Assembly: GCA_951406725.2 (NCBI GenBank) | Contig: OX597829.1 | Coordinates: 29,946,001-30,010,000, forward strand | DNA: 64,000 nt | Direction of reading: 5' to 3' | DNA from: Octopus vulgaris | Lineage: Eukaryota | Shown here: in pieces, positions 40,001-54,357 of the stretch | Position numbering within the stretch: the first letter of the stretch is position 1 | How the letters are laid out: every line of letters starts with the position of its first letter | Made by a program: the position numbers and the translations under genes | Notes under the pieces: generated by a model | Seen by the model: the letters and a program-made list of their open reading frames with translations, nothing else | Databases searched by the model: none | What the model was told of the DNA's origin: nothing

Positions 40001-42847
40001 CATTTTAAGTCTGGGCCAGGTCTTATTACCCATAATTTATATTTTAAGGTCCATAAATTCAATACCAGTAAAACACTTGGGTAAAATCAGTCAATAAAAA
40101 TTTCAAGTCAAAAGGAACAAGTGTCTCTATCAGAAAAAACAATAAAATTCTTAAACAATAAGAATTTTGTGTTTTACAGTGCTTTGCAAACATCCTGTAA
40201 AGATCATTCTGTCCCTAGAGTTGTGAAGAATGACTCATCTTTTATGTCCGGGTTTGGGTAGTGTTTGAATAATGTAACAGCCAAACCATCATTGAGCAGT
40301 GATATAATGTTGGAGTCTAGCATTACCACAAATAATGGAATTAATTTTTCATGCCTCTTTCCTTCTGACGATAAACTAGTTGTCTTCATTAATAGGTAGT
40401 TTTTATCGATTTCTAACATGCATACAAAAAATTGTTAATAATGCTGTAAAGAAGTTAATTCATTTATTAAATAAAATCTGAAATTTCATGCTGTTTGACG
40501 TTATCTATTAACAGCTCATTAGTGGAAACCCAATGTATATTTTCTTGCTCGTTGTATGTGTTTCATACTATTTTCATGTTTTGTTTTTAATATTATTGCA
40601 GTATCCTTTCTTATAAATTTTACAACTCTTGAAATTCTTTATAAGATCACAAGCTTAGTATTTTTAATGGATTCAGATATTCAACAAAGTTTTCTTCAAA
40701 AACGAAATAAAAAATAAGTATTAGTTCAGATTATCATCAGTGGTCATCATTCCCAGTTTTGTTATTGGAATAATTAGCATCAATTTACTTACTCTTTCTG
40801 ACAGTTTCAGTTAAGGACATTTTAAATTGAACTTTGTTTTATTATTACAAGAAATGTAGCTAAAACAAATCATACCGCCCCCTGACAAAGTATACTCTAC
40901 ATTCTGGCAAAGCAAAGGAACTGTTTTTACTCTGGGACCCGACTGCATTTCAGGCAAGGCTTGGGAATAACTAATAGGCATTGTAGTAAGGAATTCTGTT
41001 GAATTGAAGCCAGTCCATGTCTTCAGCATTTTAAGTGTTAATAATAATAAACTTATGTTTAAGAAATTGTCTTAGTAAACCTAATAGTGAAAAATCTTTA
41101 GAAAGATAATTTAAAATTTTGTTTATAATGGAAACATGTCAGTCATAGTTTGTACAGTTTATTGCTTTTTTAAAATTTTTATAAAAAGATTTAAGCAATT
41201 TGTTATTTGCATAATTTAGATACCAATCCTTTACTTTATTATCAATATGTAAATCTTTTCTGTCTGTAATTAAATTCATCACATTGCCTTTTTTTGAAAA
41301 GATACTCTATGTAGAGAATGTTTCTTCCTCACAGTTCTTGTATAGTGACAAGCTTTTACTATTTGTTCTCAACACAGTCTCACCAGTTTATTATTTTCCT
41401 TCATCCATCCCCTCCTATTCCTTGCTGATGTTTCATTCCATCAGTTACTGCATGTGCATGCATGCTTAATGAGAATATATGTGTATATATATATATATAT
41501 ATATTTGTATATGCAAGCATGTACGTATCTTTATGTGTAGTTGGTTCTTAATAGTTATCAAGTCTTTTTTTACATTGCTATTTGCTATTTCAGTAATAAA
41601 GTAGCAGTGAAATAATACAGTTAAATATAATGGCTATCTCGCATAAATGTATTTTCAGTATAGTAGTTAGTTACCTAGCTATAAAGCTAAATCAGCTGAC
41701 AAAAAAAAAAGTGACAGATTGGTGAGGTTTAAAAAATTTTTTTCGTTTGAAACACCTTTTTGTTTTCTCCATCCCCTGTACTCATTTCAACAGTACAAAA
41801 CAGTTTTTAATTGGTATTTATATTTTAATAAAATCCATTATTCTTTGGAAAGCAGTCTCCTCATTATTGTTACCTAGTAACCATTGGTAATAATAGAAAA
41901 GAGAAAATCAATAAAGTAATTCTGAATAGTCTCCAACATATAGGTTATAAATGTTGATTAGATTGATGTATTAGAGTATTTTAGAATCTGGTTGTGAAGT
42001 AAATATCCTCGTTTTGGTTTAGTAGTGGGAGAGATGGGGTGGAGTTGGATGGAAATGGGATGGAGAGATGGCGGTGGTGGACAGGGGGAAATTTTGGCAG
42101 GCAGACAAATTTTAATGAGATTTCTCTTGATGTATAATGAAATAATAGAATACTTTGCATAGTAGAAAATATTTACCATTGCCCCACAGTATAATTGTGA
42201 ATTTAATTAGTTTTGTTGTTGTTATAATCATCAGCATTATTAATGTAAAGATGACTAACGAAGGTAGGGATGATAAATAAGGATGACTAAGGAAGCAGAA
42301 AACTCTTAATGGATTGTTTACAGTATCACGCTGCTCTTAGTTCAATTAATACCTGGGTTGACTGTCGTTATGGGGGTCAATAAAATAAGCAATAGGTGTG
42401 TATCTGTGTGCGTAAGTATGCAGTCTGCACAAAAGGTTTTGGGTGTGGATTTGTAATACTGGTCTATGCATGCACACACGCATAACTTATTTATTTATTT
42501 ATATGGTTTTTCATTTGACTATATAACCCTTGGGAAATATCTTCCTTCTCCCAATTTATATATATATAGAAATCATATCTTTATTTTAAGAAATGAGATT
42601 TTTTTTTTTCTGTCTTTCTGGTAGGAACCTTGACTTCTGGATAATAGCTAAAGAAATCTGAATTGCTTTAAGAAAAAATTTTTTGTATAGTGTAATCTCT
42701 CTCTCCACTTCTTCTCCATTTCTCTCTCTCCTTCTCTCCCCCTCTCTCACCCACATACAGATATATCTAGATTATGGTTAATCGATATTAGGACCACTTG
42801 CAGTTGAGTCATTCTCAAAAACAATGTATGTGTGAGGAGGACAAGGA

Positions 42848-42895
<48 letters not shown>

Positions 42896-43290
42896 CTGTG
42901 TGTGTGTGTGTGTGTATAATATCCACATACTTATGAGTCTGTTCTTTTGAAGTCTCCTTTCTTCTTTATTATCATGTGTGACCCAAACATCAACAGTAAC
43001 TTTAAACGCCAATGCTTTTGGTGGGGATGGGGAGGGATTCAAATTTCAAATTAAAATTGCCTGCTTATTAATATTTAAATTTATCTTTATTTTGGGATGG
43101 CTATAATATTTTGTTATTTGCTCTTAGAGTTTCAAAATCTTGATTCAAAGAACATGTTGATTATTATCTTAGTTATATATTAAAAAACAATAAAGCTAAT
43201 ATTTTGATATTCATTCTATATTCCATATTAGTTTATTCTGTATTCCTTATTAGTTAATATCAGTAGATTTGTTTTTATAAATTGTTTTCC

Positions 43291-43499
43291 TTAACCCTTT
43301 TTAGCATTCAAATTACTCTGTGAAACATAATGTTTATTTATTCACATTGTTTTGAATTAATCATGCATTATCTCACAGCTTTGGGATGACAATGATGTGA
43401 TTGTATATTTTTAGAATGACATTGTAGGGTTGATGTAAGAGGCCAGATGTTGATAGAATATTTGAGTTGGATATCACAGTTTAAATGCTAAAGGGTTAA
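43291..43499 (+). mobile_element. piggyBac-like TTAA MITE
   Basis: TTAACCCTTT(TT)AGCATT ... AATGCTAAAGGGTTAA terminal inverted repeats with TTAA ends. Confidence 0.85.
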
Positions 43500-43876
43500 T
43501 GTGTGACTTTACATCATGTGTGTGTGTGTGCGCGCGTGCATTTCACTTTAGAAATTCCTATATTTTACAGTCACACACTGCGCTGCAATTTACTACTACT
43601 GAATCGTATCTTTGTGTTGTTTGTTCAAGCTTCTTTGATCTGTGGCATTGTGTGTGTGTGTGTGTGTTTATAATTTGGCAGAGTTTGTCTACTCTGAGTT
43701 TTGCTTGTAGGTGCACAGGGTCTTAGGCAAGTTACGACTTGCCTGAAGACCCATACACACCCAGGCAAAATTCAGAGTAGCAAGAGACTGACTTGACCAA
43801 AATAAAAAATATTATTGATCTCTACTATGATATCAAGTGCTTTTTTTCTTCTGGCAGTGAACACTAAACGGATGGA

Positions 43877-44126
43877 GGTGTGTGTGTATGTACATACATT
43901 TGTGTGTGTATGTGTACATACATTTGTGTGTGTGTATGTGTACATGCATACATGTGTGTGTGTACATGCATCTGTGTGTGTGTGTGTGTGTACATTTTGT
44001 CTGCGTGTGTGTTTGTATACATTTTGTCTGTGTGTGTGTGTATATGTATACATTTTCTCTGTGTGTGTGTGTGTGTATACATTTTGTCTGTATGTGTGTG
44101 TACATACATCTGTCTGCGTGTGTGTG
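43877..44126. repeat. Compound (TG)n minisatellite with the recurring unit TACATTTT(G/C)TCTG(TG)n
   Basis: About 8-9 higher-order units seen directly; generates the spurious Cys/Val and His/Thr ORFs in the track. Confidence 0.9.
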
Positions 44127-44405
44127 TTAGCAATGTTTCTATGGTTTTACTCTTAGAATCAGATGATTACTTTATAATGCTGCATTATCAGACCATCTCT
44201 TACTCTTTCAAACTGCTTGATAATTTATTTCTAAACTTTTTTTTTCCAGTCTTCCTGATCTATAATTTTTGTCCCTTTTATAATAATTAATCTTAGTAGA
44301 TTACTATTCCAACGTAGAACATTCTAAACTTTTAGTTCTTTTTACATATTCTTATTGTTATTCTAATATTTTTAATTTTATTTTTTTGCTCTTGCTGTTT
44401 TGCAG

Positions 44406-44649
44406 AAAGAAAATTGAAGAGATTGGCAAGATGACTGCCTTATCTCAGGAAGATATTATCTCCAACACCAGGACAGTTATTCAGGGATTAGAAACTCTGA
44501 AAAATGAACATAATCAAATACTCTATAGTCTCCTAAATTCTATGAAGACCATCAAGAAGGAGAATGGGGACACTAACTTGGTGGAAGAGAAAACAAATAT
44601 TCTCAAGAAATCTGTAGATTCTATTGAACTGGGGCTTGGAGAAGCTCAG
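44406..44649 (+). CDS. Klc: Kinesin light chain exon (KKIEEIGKMTALSQEDIISNTRTVIQGLETLKNEH...ELGLGEAQ), start of the heptad-repeat region
   Basis: Polypyrimidine tract plus TGCAG acceptor at 44401-44405; donor CAG|GTACGA at 44650. Carries the KLC hallmark sequences IQGLE.LKNEH and ELGLGEAQ. Internal in-frame ATG at 44431. Confidence 0.97.
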
Positions 44650-47600
44650 GTACGACCTCTTTTTTGTTTTATATTTTTTCTATCCTTTCCTATGCAAAGA
44701 TTTTTTTTCTGTTTTAATTAATTTTTTTTTTTTTTATAAAATTAAGCTGATGCTTTATATTTCATTGTATTTAGTTTTAAGATTATGGTATTGAATTTCT
44801 CTTTTGAAGTATGTTGAATGTTTATTTTATTACAGCTATTTTGTATCTGTTATTTGAGTAGATAAAAAAAGGGAAAAAATCATCTATTTCACTTCTGCAC
44901 CAGTATTCCTGTGTCTTGTAGGTTTTTATTTATGATGGTCTTTTAACTTGTATTTTTAGAACAAGCCACTTAAACTGTTGTTACAGTGTCATGTAGAATT
45001 AAGAAATCTTATTTGAGTATAATCTCCCAAATTATCTGTTAATATTGCTGGCTTATGGATTAGATGTATCTTTTTAAAAAAATTGTCCAAGTTATGTTTT
45101 ATTATACAAAGATGTTTAACTGTTAAGGAAAAAATATTTTGATTTTTATCATTAAACCCTATTGTCTTTTTTCTTTTCTTTTCATTTTACTTTTTCCCTC
45201 CCATTGAGGACTCACTTTTGGAAGCAGTGTCAGTGGTTTTCAGGTTCTTAGGAATAATTTTTCACTGATTCAAGAGAAACATGATTTCACAAGTGTTCTT
45301 ATTAATTTTCAGTAAATAAATGTTTTTCTTCTATCATCATCATCATCGTTTAACGTCCGTATTCAAGGTTATTAATACTTTCAAGGTATCAATAAACCTG
45401 AAGCTATGGTTGAAGGCACTTGCTTAGTGACATTGAACCTTGGAAACCTGGTTGTAAAGTGAACTTCTTATCAAAAGTAATTAACATGAATATAGGCAAA
45501 GCTGTATGATTATTTGCAATAGATAAGTTGCCTGGCTCTATGTAGCTGACATTTGCTTAGCAATCATATATGTGATGCCAGGATCAAATCCTGCTAAAAG
45601 GAAAATTGCTCAAGTATTTTCTTCTGTATCCTCAGGTTGACCTAATTTGTCCGAGGGAAATTGGGTAGACTTAATACATTTGCCAGTTTTAAACACTAGA
45701 AACTGACCCTTTTATGTCTTTAGCAGAGTTCTCTTACCTGTAAGCATTTGGGCTGGCTCTGAAAATAGATGCACTGCTTTCTACTTACCTTTGATTAACC
45801 CATTAAAAAACAATATATGTTGAGATATTGCCACACAGTGCTGTGAGTAGTCATTCCAGGTGTTATTTTCTAGGCTTTCTTGTAGGGATATCTTTTGAGA
45901 AAAGAATGAAGTCATTCATAGTTTAGCTCTATGCCAGCTTTGATAGAACAGAAAGATCTCTTATTAAAAGGCAGCTATTACTCAGCCTATCTAGAACTAG
46001 TGTCCAACATGTCCTTCTTATATTTTTAAGGTTAAAAATTTGGGGGATATTTTGCTGCATCTAAGGAGATTCCATTGTTGGCTTGTTCATAGTTCAGTTT
46101 CAAAACTTTTAGTACATCTGGTCTTATCTACTATTAAGACACATTGTTTATTGCTCATTACCTAATTAGAAAATATGTATCAACTCTGTTTAGTGGGAAG
46201 GTTAGTTTCAAAAGTGGTAATTACTATAGAATAACTTGAGCCCATAGTAGTTTAGATATAAATTTGTTTTTTCTAAATGTTACTTGATATTTATGAAGTC
46301 TGTGATAGCTCAAACATATAAATGATACATACTGAATATGAAGATGATGTGAGCTAACAGCTATGATAGTTTGACATGAATAGTCAGATTCAAGACATTT
46401 GATACTCACTGTTCAGATGTTGTAATGATGCTGTTTTGCTGAATTGTAAAACTTAGTCTCAACCTCCATAGGTCAGTACCTCCTGTTTGCTAAATAATGA
46501 GTGTTTCACAAATAACCCTTCCTTATATCTAAGAAAAACCATTATTTTAATCAAACAATAGCTAATTTGGCTCACTGGTTTATAATTCATAGTTTCTTAT
46601 ATTATCCCATCAGCATGTGTCCCATTTTAAATATTTGCATGGGTTAGTACTCTTATGCTAAATTTTTATGGAAACTACTAAGATTGGTGTGAACTTACTG
46701 GATGTTGGTGTATAATCAAACATGTTCCTGCTCACTGAATTATTCTAAACCCGACAAAGAAATTTTTGAGAATTTGTTTAAAATATAAGTATTTTACCTG
46801 GTCTGAATAGTTTATTCCTAAGAAGAATTATGGTCTCTCTAAATATCCAGTGCCCCCTATAACATGGTGGGTGGGAGGAGTATGGAGGATATAACACTAC
46901 TACTTCCTTGACGTTTTCCACTTTCTTATGAACTCACAATGTTCCCAAAAGGGCACTACTCCCTGGGTTAAAAATTTGCTAGTTTAACTCTATATCAGCA
47001 TAGAAAATGGGCAAATAGGGATGATGATGATAAGGAGGAGGCAGAGGGTGATGACAATAATGATATGATCATAACAACAGTCATGACAATCATGATCACA
47101 ATGATAACAATAAGTAATATGATTGCCAGTTAAGAGTAAGTTGGGGAGGAAGCCATTAATGCTGTTGCATTTACAGTAGATTAGAAGCAATAAAATAAGC
47201 TGAGGTAATCTGGCAACTGAGCTGAATGTGTAATGCTGTTCATCAAAATGCCTTTTAGTAGAAGACTTTCGTTCTGTGTTCTCTGACAGAGTGAAGAGAT
47301 TCAAAAGATTTGTAGCTATTGATACTTCATTGCTAACATTCATTTGAACATTTGTTTTTGCATTTAATTAAACATTACTATCAGTTTCTGCTAACAGCCT
47401 TGCTAATACTTTCTGTTGTTAAACTATTATACTGAAAACTAAATAATAGATATGGTCTCAACCTTGGATATTCTTATATGGGACGATTTTTGAGTAGAAA
47501 ATAGAAATCACAATTCTGTTGTCCATTATAGAATTATATGGAAATCCTTGTTTAAAATACCAGTTGGAGTAGTTAACAAATTTGTATTATATTGGTTAAC

Positions 47601-47695
47601 TTTTTCATGATTTGTATTTATAATTAGTAGATTATCTTTGTTTCAGTTAATTTACTGTACAATTAAGATTTTAGTAAAATATTTGTATTATAAAA

Positions 47696-49560
47696 CTAGC
47701 AGAGATACCCGGTGTTGCCCGTGTTACATGCAACTGAAGAATTAGACTTTTCTTTTATATTTTCTCTAATTAACTGGAATACCTATGATTCGAATTTCAT
47801 CAAAATTGCAGATTAGGGTTCTTTCCCTCTTTACACACCCTAGAAAAATTCTAATCATGACACATGTATCCCATACTACTGATCTTTATGTGCAGATTCC
47901 AAAATTCCAGTCTTATAGAACCTGTTAAAAGAATTTTTCTCATGAAAAATGGAAGTCATTGAGCTCTAAAATGTGGGAGTTAGGGCCCCTATTGTGGGTG
48001 GGTGTCTTAATGTCAACTAGAGAACTCAAATTATTGAGAATCTTTTTAACTTGGTTCTTATATCTATTGTTTGAATTTCTTTGAAATAGGAAATATATGT
48101 ATGTTCACTGGGTTTGTTAAAGAGAGCAAAGTTATAGGAAACCAAAACACGAATGATCACAATAAGCAGTCAGCTACCCTACCCTAGTTGTTACCACTCC
48201 CAATGTAGGATTCCTTACCATACAGGTGACAGGCACAGCCGTAAGATGCATTACGGATCTATAGCAATTGGAAGGGCATGACCTAACTCAAATAAACATT
48301 AACAACTGTGTGACGTGAGGGCTAAGGAGAAATGAAAGTGTCACCTCTGGAGTTTGCAAATGACCACTATACCGATTGGTAACTGGACAGAATAAATTTA
48401 CAATCTATAAGTCTTTGAATAACCAGTCACTCATTTCGGAAGGCCTTGAAATCAATGTTACCATCTGGAGACTGTGTGACCCAGTGATAATAAAAAGACT
48501 GAAAGGAGGTCTGCAATGAAATAACTTTACTGAGCACTTTGCAACTGAATCAGTGGAGGCAAAGATGCCTCTCATTTACTCGACAATTTATGCACCACAT
48601 TGCAGAAATCACAATCTAAGTATATCTCAAAGCAAACTCTTACACTGTTGTACCATTGAATTACAAATAACGCTCATCTTTTATGCTCGGGTGACCCTAC
48701 AGCTTCCAAGAGTACATGTTTATTCGTCTTTGCTTAGATAAAATGACTAAATTGTGGGTGTTAAGTCCCCATGAAGGGGTCTGTGTAACTTCTAAGATGA
48801 AATTTTAGAAATATTACTTCATTTGTGTCTAATATCTATGGTTAAAATTTCATCAACAGCCAGGATATATGAATTTTTATAGGGGTTATGGCCCTTATGC
48901 ATAGAATATAATTTCATAACGATCCATTCAGTACTTTTGACCTAGTTTTGGATCATAAAAAATTACTAAAATTTGGGAGTTACAGATGCCATTAGGGGGT
49001 CTTAGAATGCTCATGAGAAGTGGAAACTTTGAGAATATTTCTTGATGTGTGTCAATTACCTATGGTTGATAACATCATTACCCTTCTCCCTAGGCTTGGA
49101 TTTTGTGTATTAAATTTCATTAGGATCGGTGCAGTAGAACTGAGTGGGCAAAGAAAAATATGAGACACTGCCTAGAGCTTTTTTTTTATTTTGATAAGCC
49201 TGTCACTTATTCTATCAGTTTCTTCTTGTGAAACCAGTAAGTTATGGGGATGTAAATAAACGAACAACAGTGATGAGGGAGAAACACAGAGACAAAGACA
49301 CACACATACACTTACATATATACATACATATATATACGATTGATTTCTTTGAATTTCTGTCTACGAAATCTACTGACAAGGCTTTGGTTGGTCTGAGGCT
49401 GTAGCAGAAGACACATGCCAAGTCACCACACAGTGAGACTAAACCCAGGACCATGTGTTTTGGAACCAAGTTTCTTACCACACAGCTACACATGCACCTA
49501 TGGATGTATATATGTGTACATATTACATGTACATCTATATATATACATTTGTGCAGATGT

Positions 49561-49601
<41 letters not shown>

Positions 49602-49906
49602 CATAATAATATATATTATATGTATTTATGTATATATATATGTGAGATAATAGTTTTACTATTAAAGTGAAAGTATCTGACATTACAATAGAGAGATGTT
49701 ATTCTTTCACTTTTGACATGTAATACTGAAATAGTGGAGAAGATATGATATTGCTGTGGGCTCGCATTAAGCAAGAAGTTAAAAACAGTTTTGGCCTATG
49801 ACACTACATGGACCCTAAGTAAGGCATGTATGAAATTGGTTGTGTAGTTCTCAAGTTTTAGGGATTCACACAGACAGATAGACGCACATTCTCATCTTTA
49901 TATAGA
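47696..49906 (-). mobile_element. Non-autonomous Helitron, about 2.2 kb, with a nested SINE
   Basis: On the minus strand it starts A|TCTATATAAAGATGAGAATGTG (49906) and ends with the hairpin CACGGGCAACACCGGG followed by ...CTAG|T (47696). Inserted between A and T with no TSD; internal repeats of an AATTTCATCA-like motif. Confidence 0.75.
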
Positions 49907-52264
49907 TTACAATTTTTAAATCTCACAACGTGAGATGTTTCCTGGGGCTGAATTACAGAAGCATTTGTCCTAAACTAGGACTGCCATGTTATGATTGCAA
50001 ACAATCTTTACTACTATTTATATTATGTTGTAGTCTGAGATTTCACATAATTAAATGAGATTTTAATTATGTCTCTAGATATAAGTTTTGGAACATATTT
50101 TTTACTCATTCAGTGAACATTTTTTTTGTGCAATGTCTATTTATGTTTCCTTTTCTCTCTCTTTTGTCTCTCTCTCTCTCTCCCTCTCCCTCCTTCACTC
50201 TCCATTGCTCTCTCTCACTGCCCTCGACCACTTTTTCTTCCACTGCCTCATGACTTGTGGTCATCCTAACCTCTCTTCTCTATTTCCTTTTTACACCTGA
50301 TTGCCAAGGTGATCAGTCGTGTTTCTCTTGTTGCCCACTTTCAACATGCTTTGTTGTCTCATTTGCTTTTTCATTCCCAGTCCTTTAGAACACTTTTCCC
50401 TGGTGTTACCCATACATTCAACTCATATTACAGCCACAAGGCCATATTTTGTCTGTATAATATATATTTATTTCTTTTTGTTTTTATGTTCACATTCTGT
50501 CATGTTTGTTTTCATCTCTGTCCCTTGTTCATTCACTATTTCCCAATGGCTTCTTGTTGCTGCCACCACCAAAGGTGAACAATATTATCATTAGAGGTGT
50601 GAAATTATGATTCTTTGGATAACTGATGAGGATTTAGCAACATACCATGTGTGTATTTTCCATTTGTTCCATATATATACACACACATTTTGGTACTTAT
50701 TCATGTTAAAAAGTAATATAACTTTCTATTAGTTTATCAGATATGGAAGCCAAGTTTTGGTGAATGTAAGGTCAAAATAGATTTAGTTCTTAACTGGTCT
50801 TAATTTTAGGTTCTTTCCTTTGCTTTGTTCTTAAGACACGTTTTGTTATCAAACTTTTAATCATATACATTGATTACAAGTTTTAATTGAATTTTGAGAA
50901 TAATCGGAAATTGCTTGTGAATAAGTAAAATAATTAACTTCATATTGAACTCTTATTTGTCACGTAAATTTAGCAAAAAGTTATGTAAAATTGAATCCGG
51001 TTTTAAATTGTTTGAACACACTAGGATCAGCTGTTGTTAAAACCAGAGTTGATCTCAAGTAGATTGGTATGAAGTGTTAATGGAATTGATTGCTTAGATC
51101 CAATATATTTCTGTTATAGATTAGTTAAAAATACATTGTCCTCGTTTTCCTTTTTTATGCTGGATAGATATTTTATTACTTACATTTTATATCCATTTTG
51201 TTTTTGTTTTGTTTAATGATGAAAGGCAAATTAGAAGCTTGCATCTATTTTTAGATGCAATTCCATATTAATTAATTGTTAAGATTTAATATGGTATTAA
51301 ATTCTTTATCAAAAATAAAAGTTCTGTGTTCAAACCTATCTTAGAAACTTGTATACATTTAGTAATAGGACACATAAAGATGATGACAACACAGGGTTAA
51401 ATTCAAAAGATGAGGGGTAATAGTCCATAAAATTTAAAGTATAACTGGCAATCTTCAAAACACCTACTATAATTAGTACTATGTTTTTGTTGCCTCTTTC
51501 TCCCTCTGCGTCTGTCTCTTTGATGTGTGTACATCAAAAGCAGTCAGCTGCTAAGGTACTTTCACTGTGTCTGAATTTCATGAAAGCACTAATAGTTTTA
51601 ATAAACAATATACTTACAAGTTCACATACATAGTTTATACACACAGTTAAAACTTATATAAATGTTTCTATTCAGTATTCAACTTACAACCTATTAATTA
51701 AATACTGAGTAGTAATGTGTACATAAGTTTAAATATCCAGATAAGGCTTATCATAGATGAAGTTGTGAATAGCAACTAAAAGACTTCGACAAACCTAGTT
51801 GATTGATTGAACAATCAGTTAGTTAATTGGTTTAAATAGTTAACCAGTTGACAAATAATAAAAAAATAAAGTGAAATAAAACCCATGTGTTTATCACTGA
51901 GATAAAACAAAATAGAAATATTTTCTTCATTCAATTCATCCTTTACTGCAATTAAACTCTGAAACTGAATATTTATCTCCTGTGCATTAGTGGTACCCAC
52001 TGATTGATATTTAATTGAAACCGACACATTTGAGACAAGGATGATATAACTAGAAAGAAAATTAATTTTAGACTAGAATGAAATGTTTTATACAAAGCAA
52101 TGTATTGCAAAGCCATGCTAGAAATTAGCACAACATTGTTACCATTATAAACACATTTTAATATGTTTGAACTGACAGTATGATTATTTAAAATACTTTT
52201 CTATTGTATATAATATTAACAGGTTTTTATATAATTTATATATGTTTATATATATTTTTTATAG

Positions 52265-52573
<309 letters not shown>

Positions 52574-52849
52574 TAGAATTATACCTTCATATATTCATCT
52601 AAAGTTATTTAAGTAAACTTAACTCAAAACTAATCAAAGCAATTAACTAAGTGACTTTCATCTACCTTTGATATTTTAAATATGACTTTTATGTATGACT
52701 ACCTATCAAAAAAACACCAAAAAACATTGATGTCTCGTTATCTGTTACCTAGTGATTCTATTTAAACTTCATTTTCCTTCTCCCTATAATATATGCAGTT
52801 CAGAGAGTTTTGGTAATATACAGAGTAGCAATAGAGTGCATCATAGTTT

Positions 52850-53735
52850 CAGAGGACAATATATTGTCCTTTTGACTTTTAAGCTAATCCCTCACATTCG
52901 GTGTCCATGCTTTGCTGCCATACAGCATCACAGTACATACACCAGTATCATACAATCTTCCTCTTATGCAGAGCAAGAATCTCTTTGTTACCAGCAGAGT
53001 TAATAGCTTCTTGAACTTTTTCTACCCCATTCTTACTGAGGCTTCTATCTCTTTGAAAGACAAGACTTTCCTCTGCTTTGATTAGGTATCCTAGTTAAGA
53101 GAAACTTTAATTGCTTCTAATGAACTCTGAACATTTGAAAGAATTTTCCGTGGTTACTTTTGCTGCTAAATACTCCTTTTTTATCCAATTTACCTTTGAT
53201 CCCATTGCATTTCTTGTGCTCCGCACACATTAAATACACTGTATTGAATTCCTGTTTCTCTGTTGCCATCTGTAAAGCATCTGTGCTCAACATACAGTCC
53301 TGTCTTCTTTTCTGTTAACTAAAGCTTAAGCTTTTGTTTCATTTGCCTCTCAATTCTAGGCATTACTTCTACGTTTGAAATTTCTTCAACTGAGAACTAG
53401 TTCATCAACATACATGTTTCCATAGACAGCCTGTCTTAATCTCATCTGTTAGGATTGGAAATGTATAATAAACAAAAGTGTTGGGATCTGAGCTCTAATT
53501 AACATTTACCAGCATACTAAATTTCTTGCTGAACTTGTTGCTTACTCACACCATGCTGACATCTCTGACAAGGCTTGCATACCTTTCACTATCCATTCAT
53601 CTTCACCTACTTTTTTGAGTGACCACTAGACTACAGTTGTGGCACATTGTCAAAGACCTTCCCTAGGTCAGTGAATACTAGTTACAGTCTTGCTTATGTT
53701 TAAGAACTTCTCTTGTAGTTGGTGTTCAGCATCAA
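52850..53735 (-). mobile_element. Decayed RTE-clade LINE, reverse-transcriptase region
   Basis: Minus-strand relics QLQEKFL, VFTDLGKVFDNVP (about FVDLEKAFDRVP), WSLKKVGEDEWIV, TDEIKTGCLW..YVDELVL (about YADDLVL) and RGRLYDTGVCTVMLYGSKAW. Confidence 0.85.
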
Positions 53736-54357
53736 GTCATCTCTAATTGAGCTGACGTGTGATCAAAGGCATTCCAGCCATTTTTAGTAAGAGATAGGAA
53801 GGGAAAGCAGAGTGTTATGGGTAAAGGGAAGATGAGAGGGTTCTTTCATTTGATGTCTGTTTTTCAATACTAGCATGGCTTACACATAAGGCTATTTCCA
53901 ACTACATGGTTTCCAGTTCATTCCTATTATGTTGCATCTTGGGAAGGTAACTTCTGCTATAATCCCAGTGAACAGAAACTGAAAGAAGCCTGTCACAAGC
54001 ACACAACACGTGCGCGCACACACATAATCTCAGTTCTATATTGTCTGGTTCATTTTCCTGGCATCAATAGTTGCTTCTTCTGACACAAACCCTAAATGCA
54101 TCTCATGTTTATCAACCAACTAACCAATCTTCATCCCATTTATTAGTGAAATAGATATGCTTGCTTTATATGAAGTGGCTATCAGTGATTGTAGTTACTT
54201 TCCCCAAAGGCATTTAATAGAAGTTGAAAGTATTATAAGGTTTAAATTATCATAAACTAGAACTGAAGTCAGCTAACAAGACTTTATATAACCAAAAGCT
54301 TCTCTTTAACATTTAACTCATTCTTTTCTTATAAAAAGACCAAACATTTTTATTGGT

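Noticed and set aside
43772-44290. Cluster of Cys/Val- and His/Thr-rich ORFs (also near 18.2 kb, 25 kb, 33.7 kb and 49.4 kb)
   Set aside because: Translations of (TG)n, (CA)n and (TA)n microsatellites, not metallothionein-like genes.
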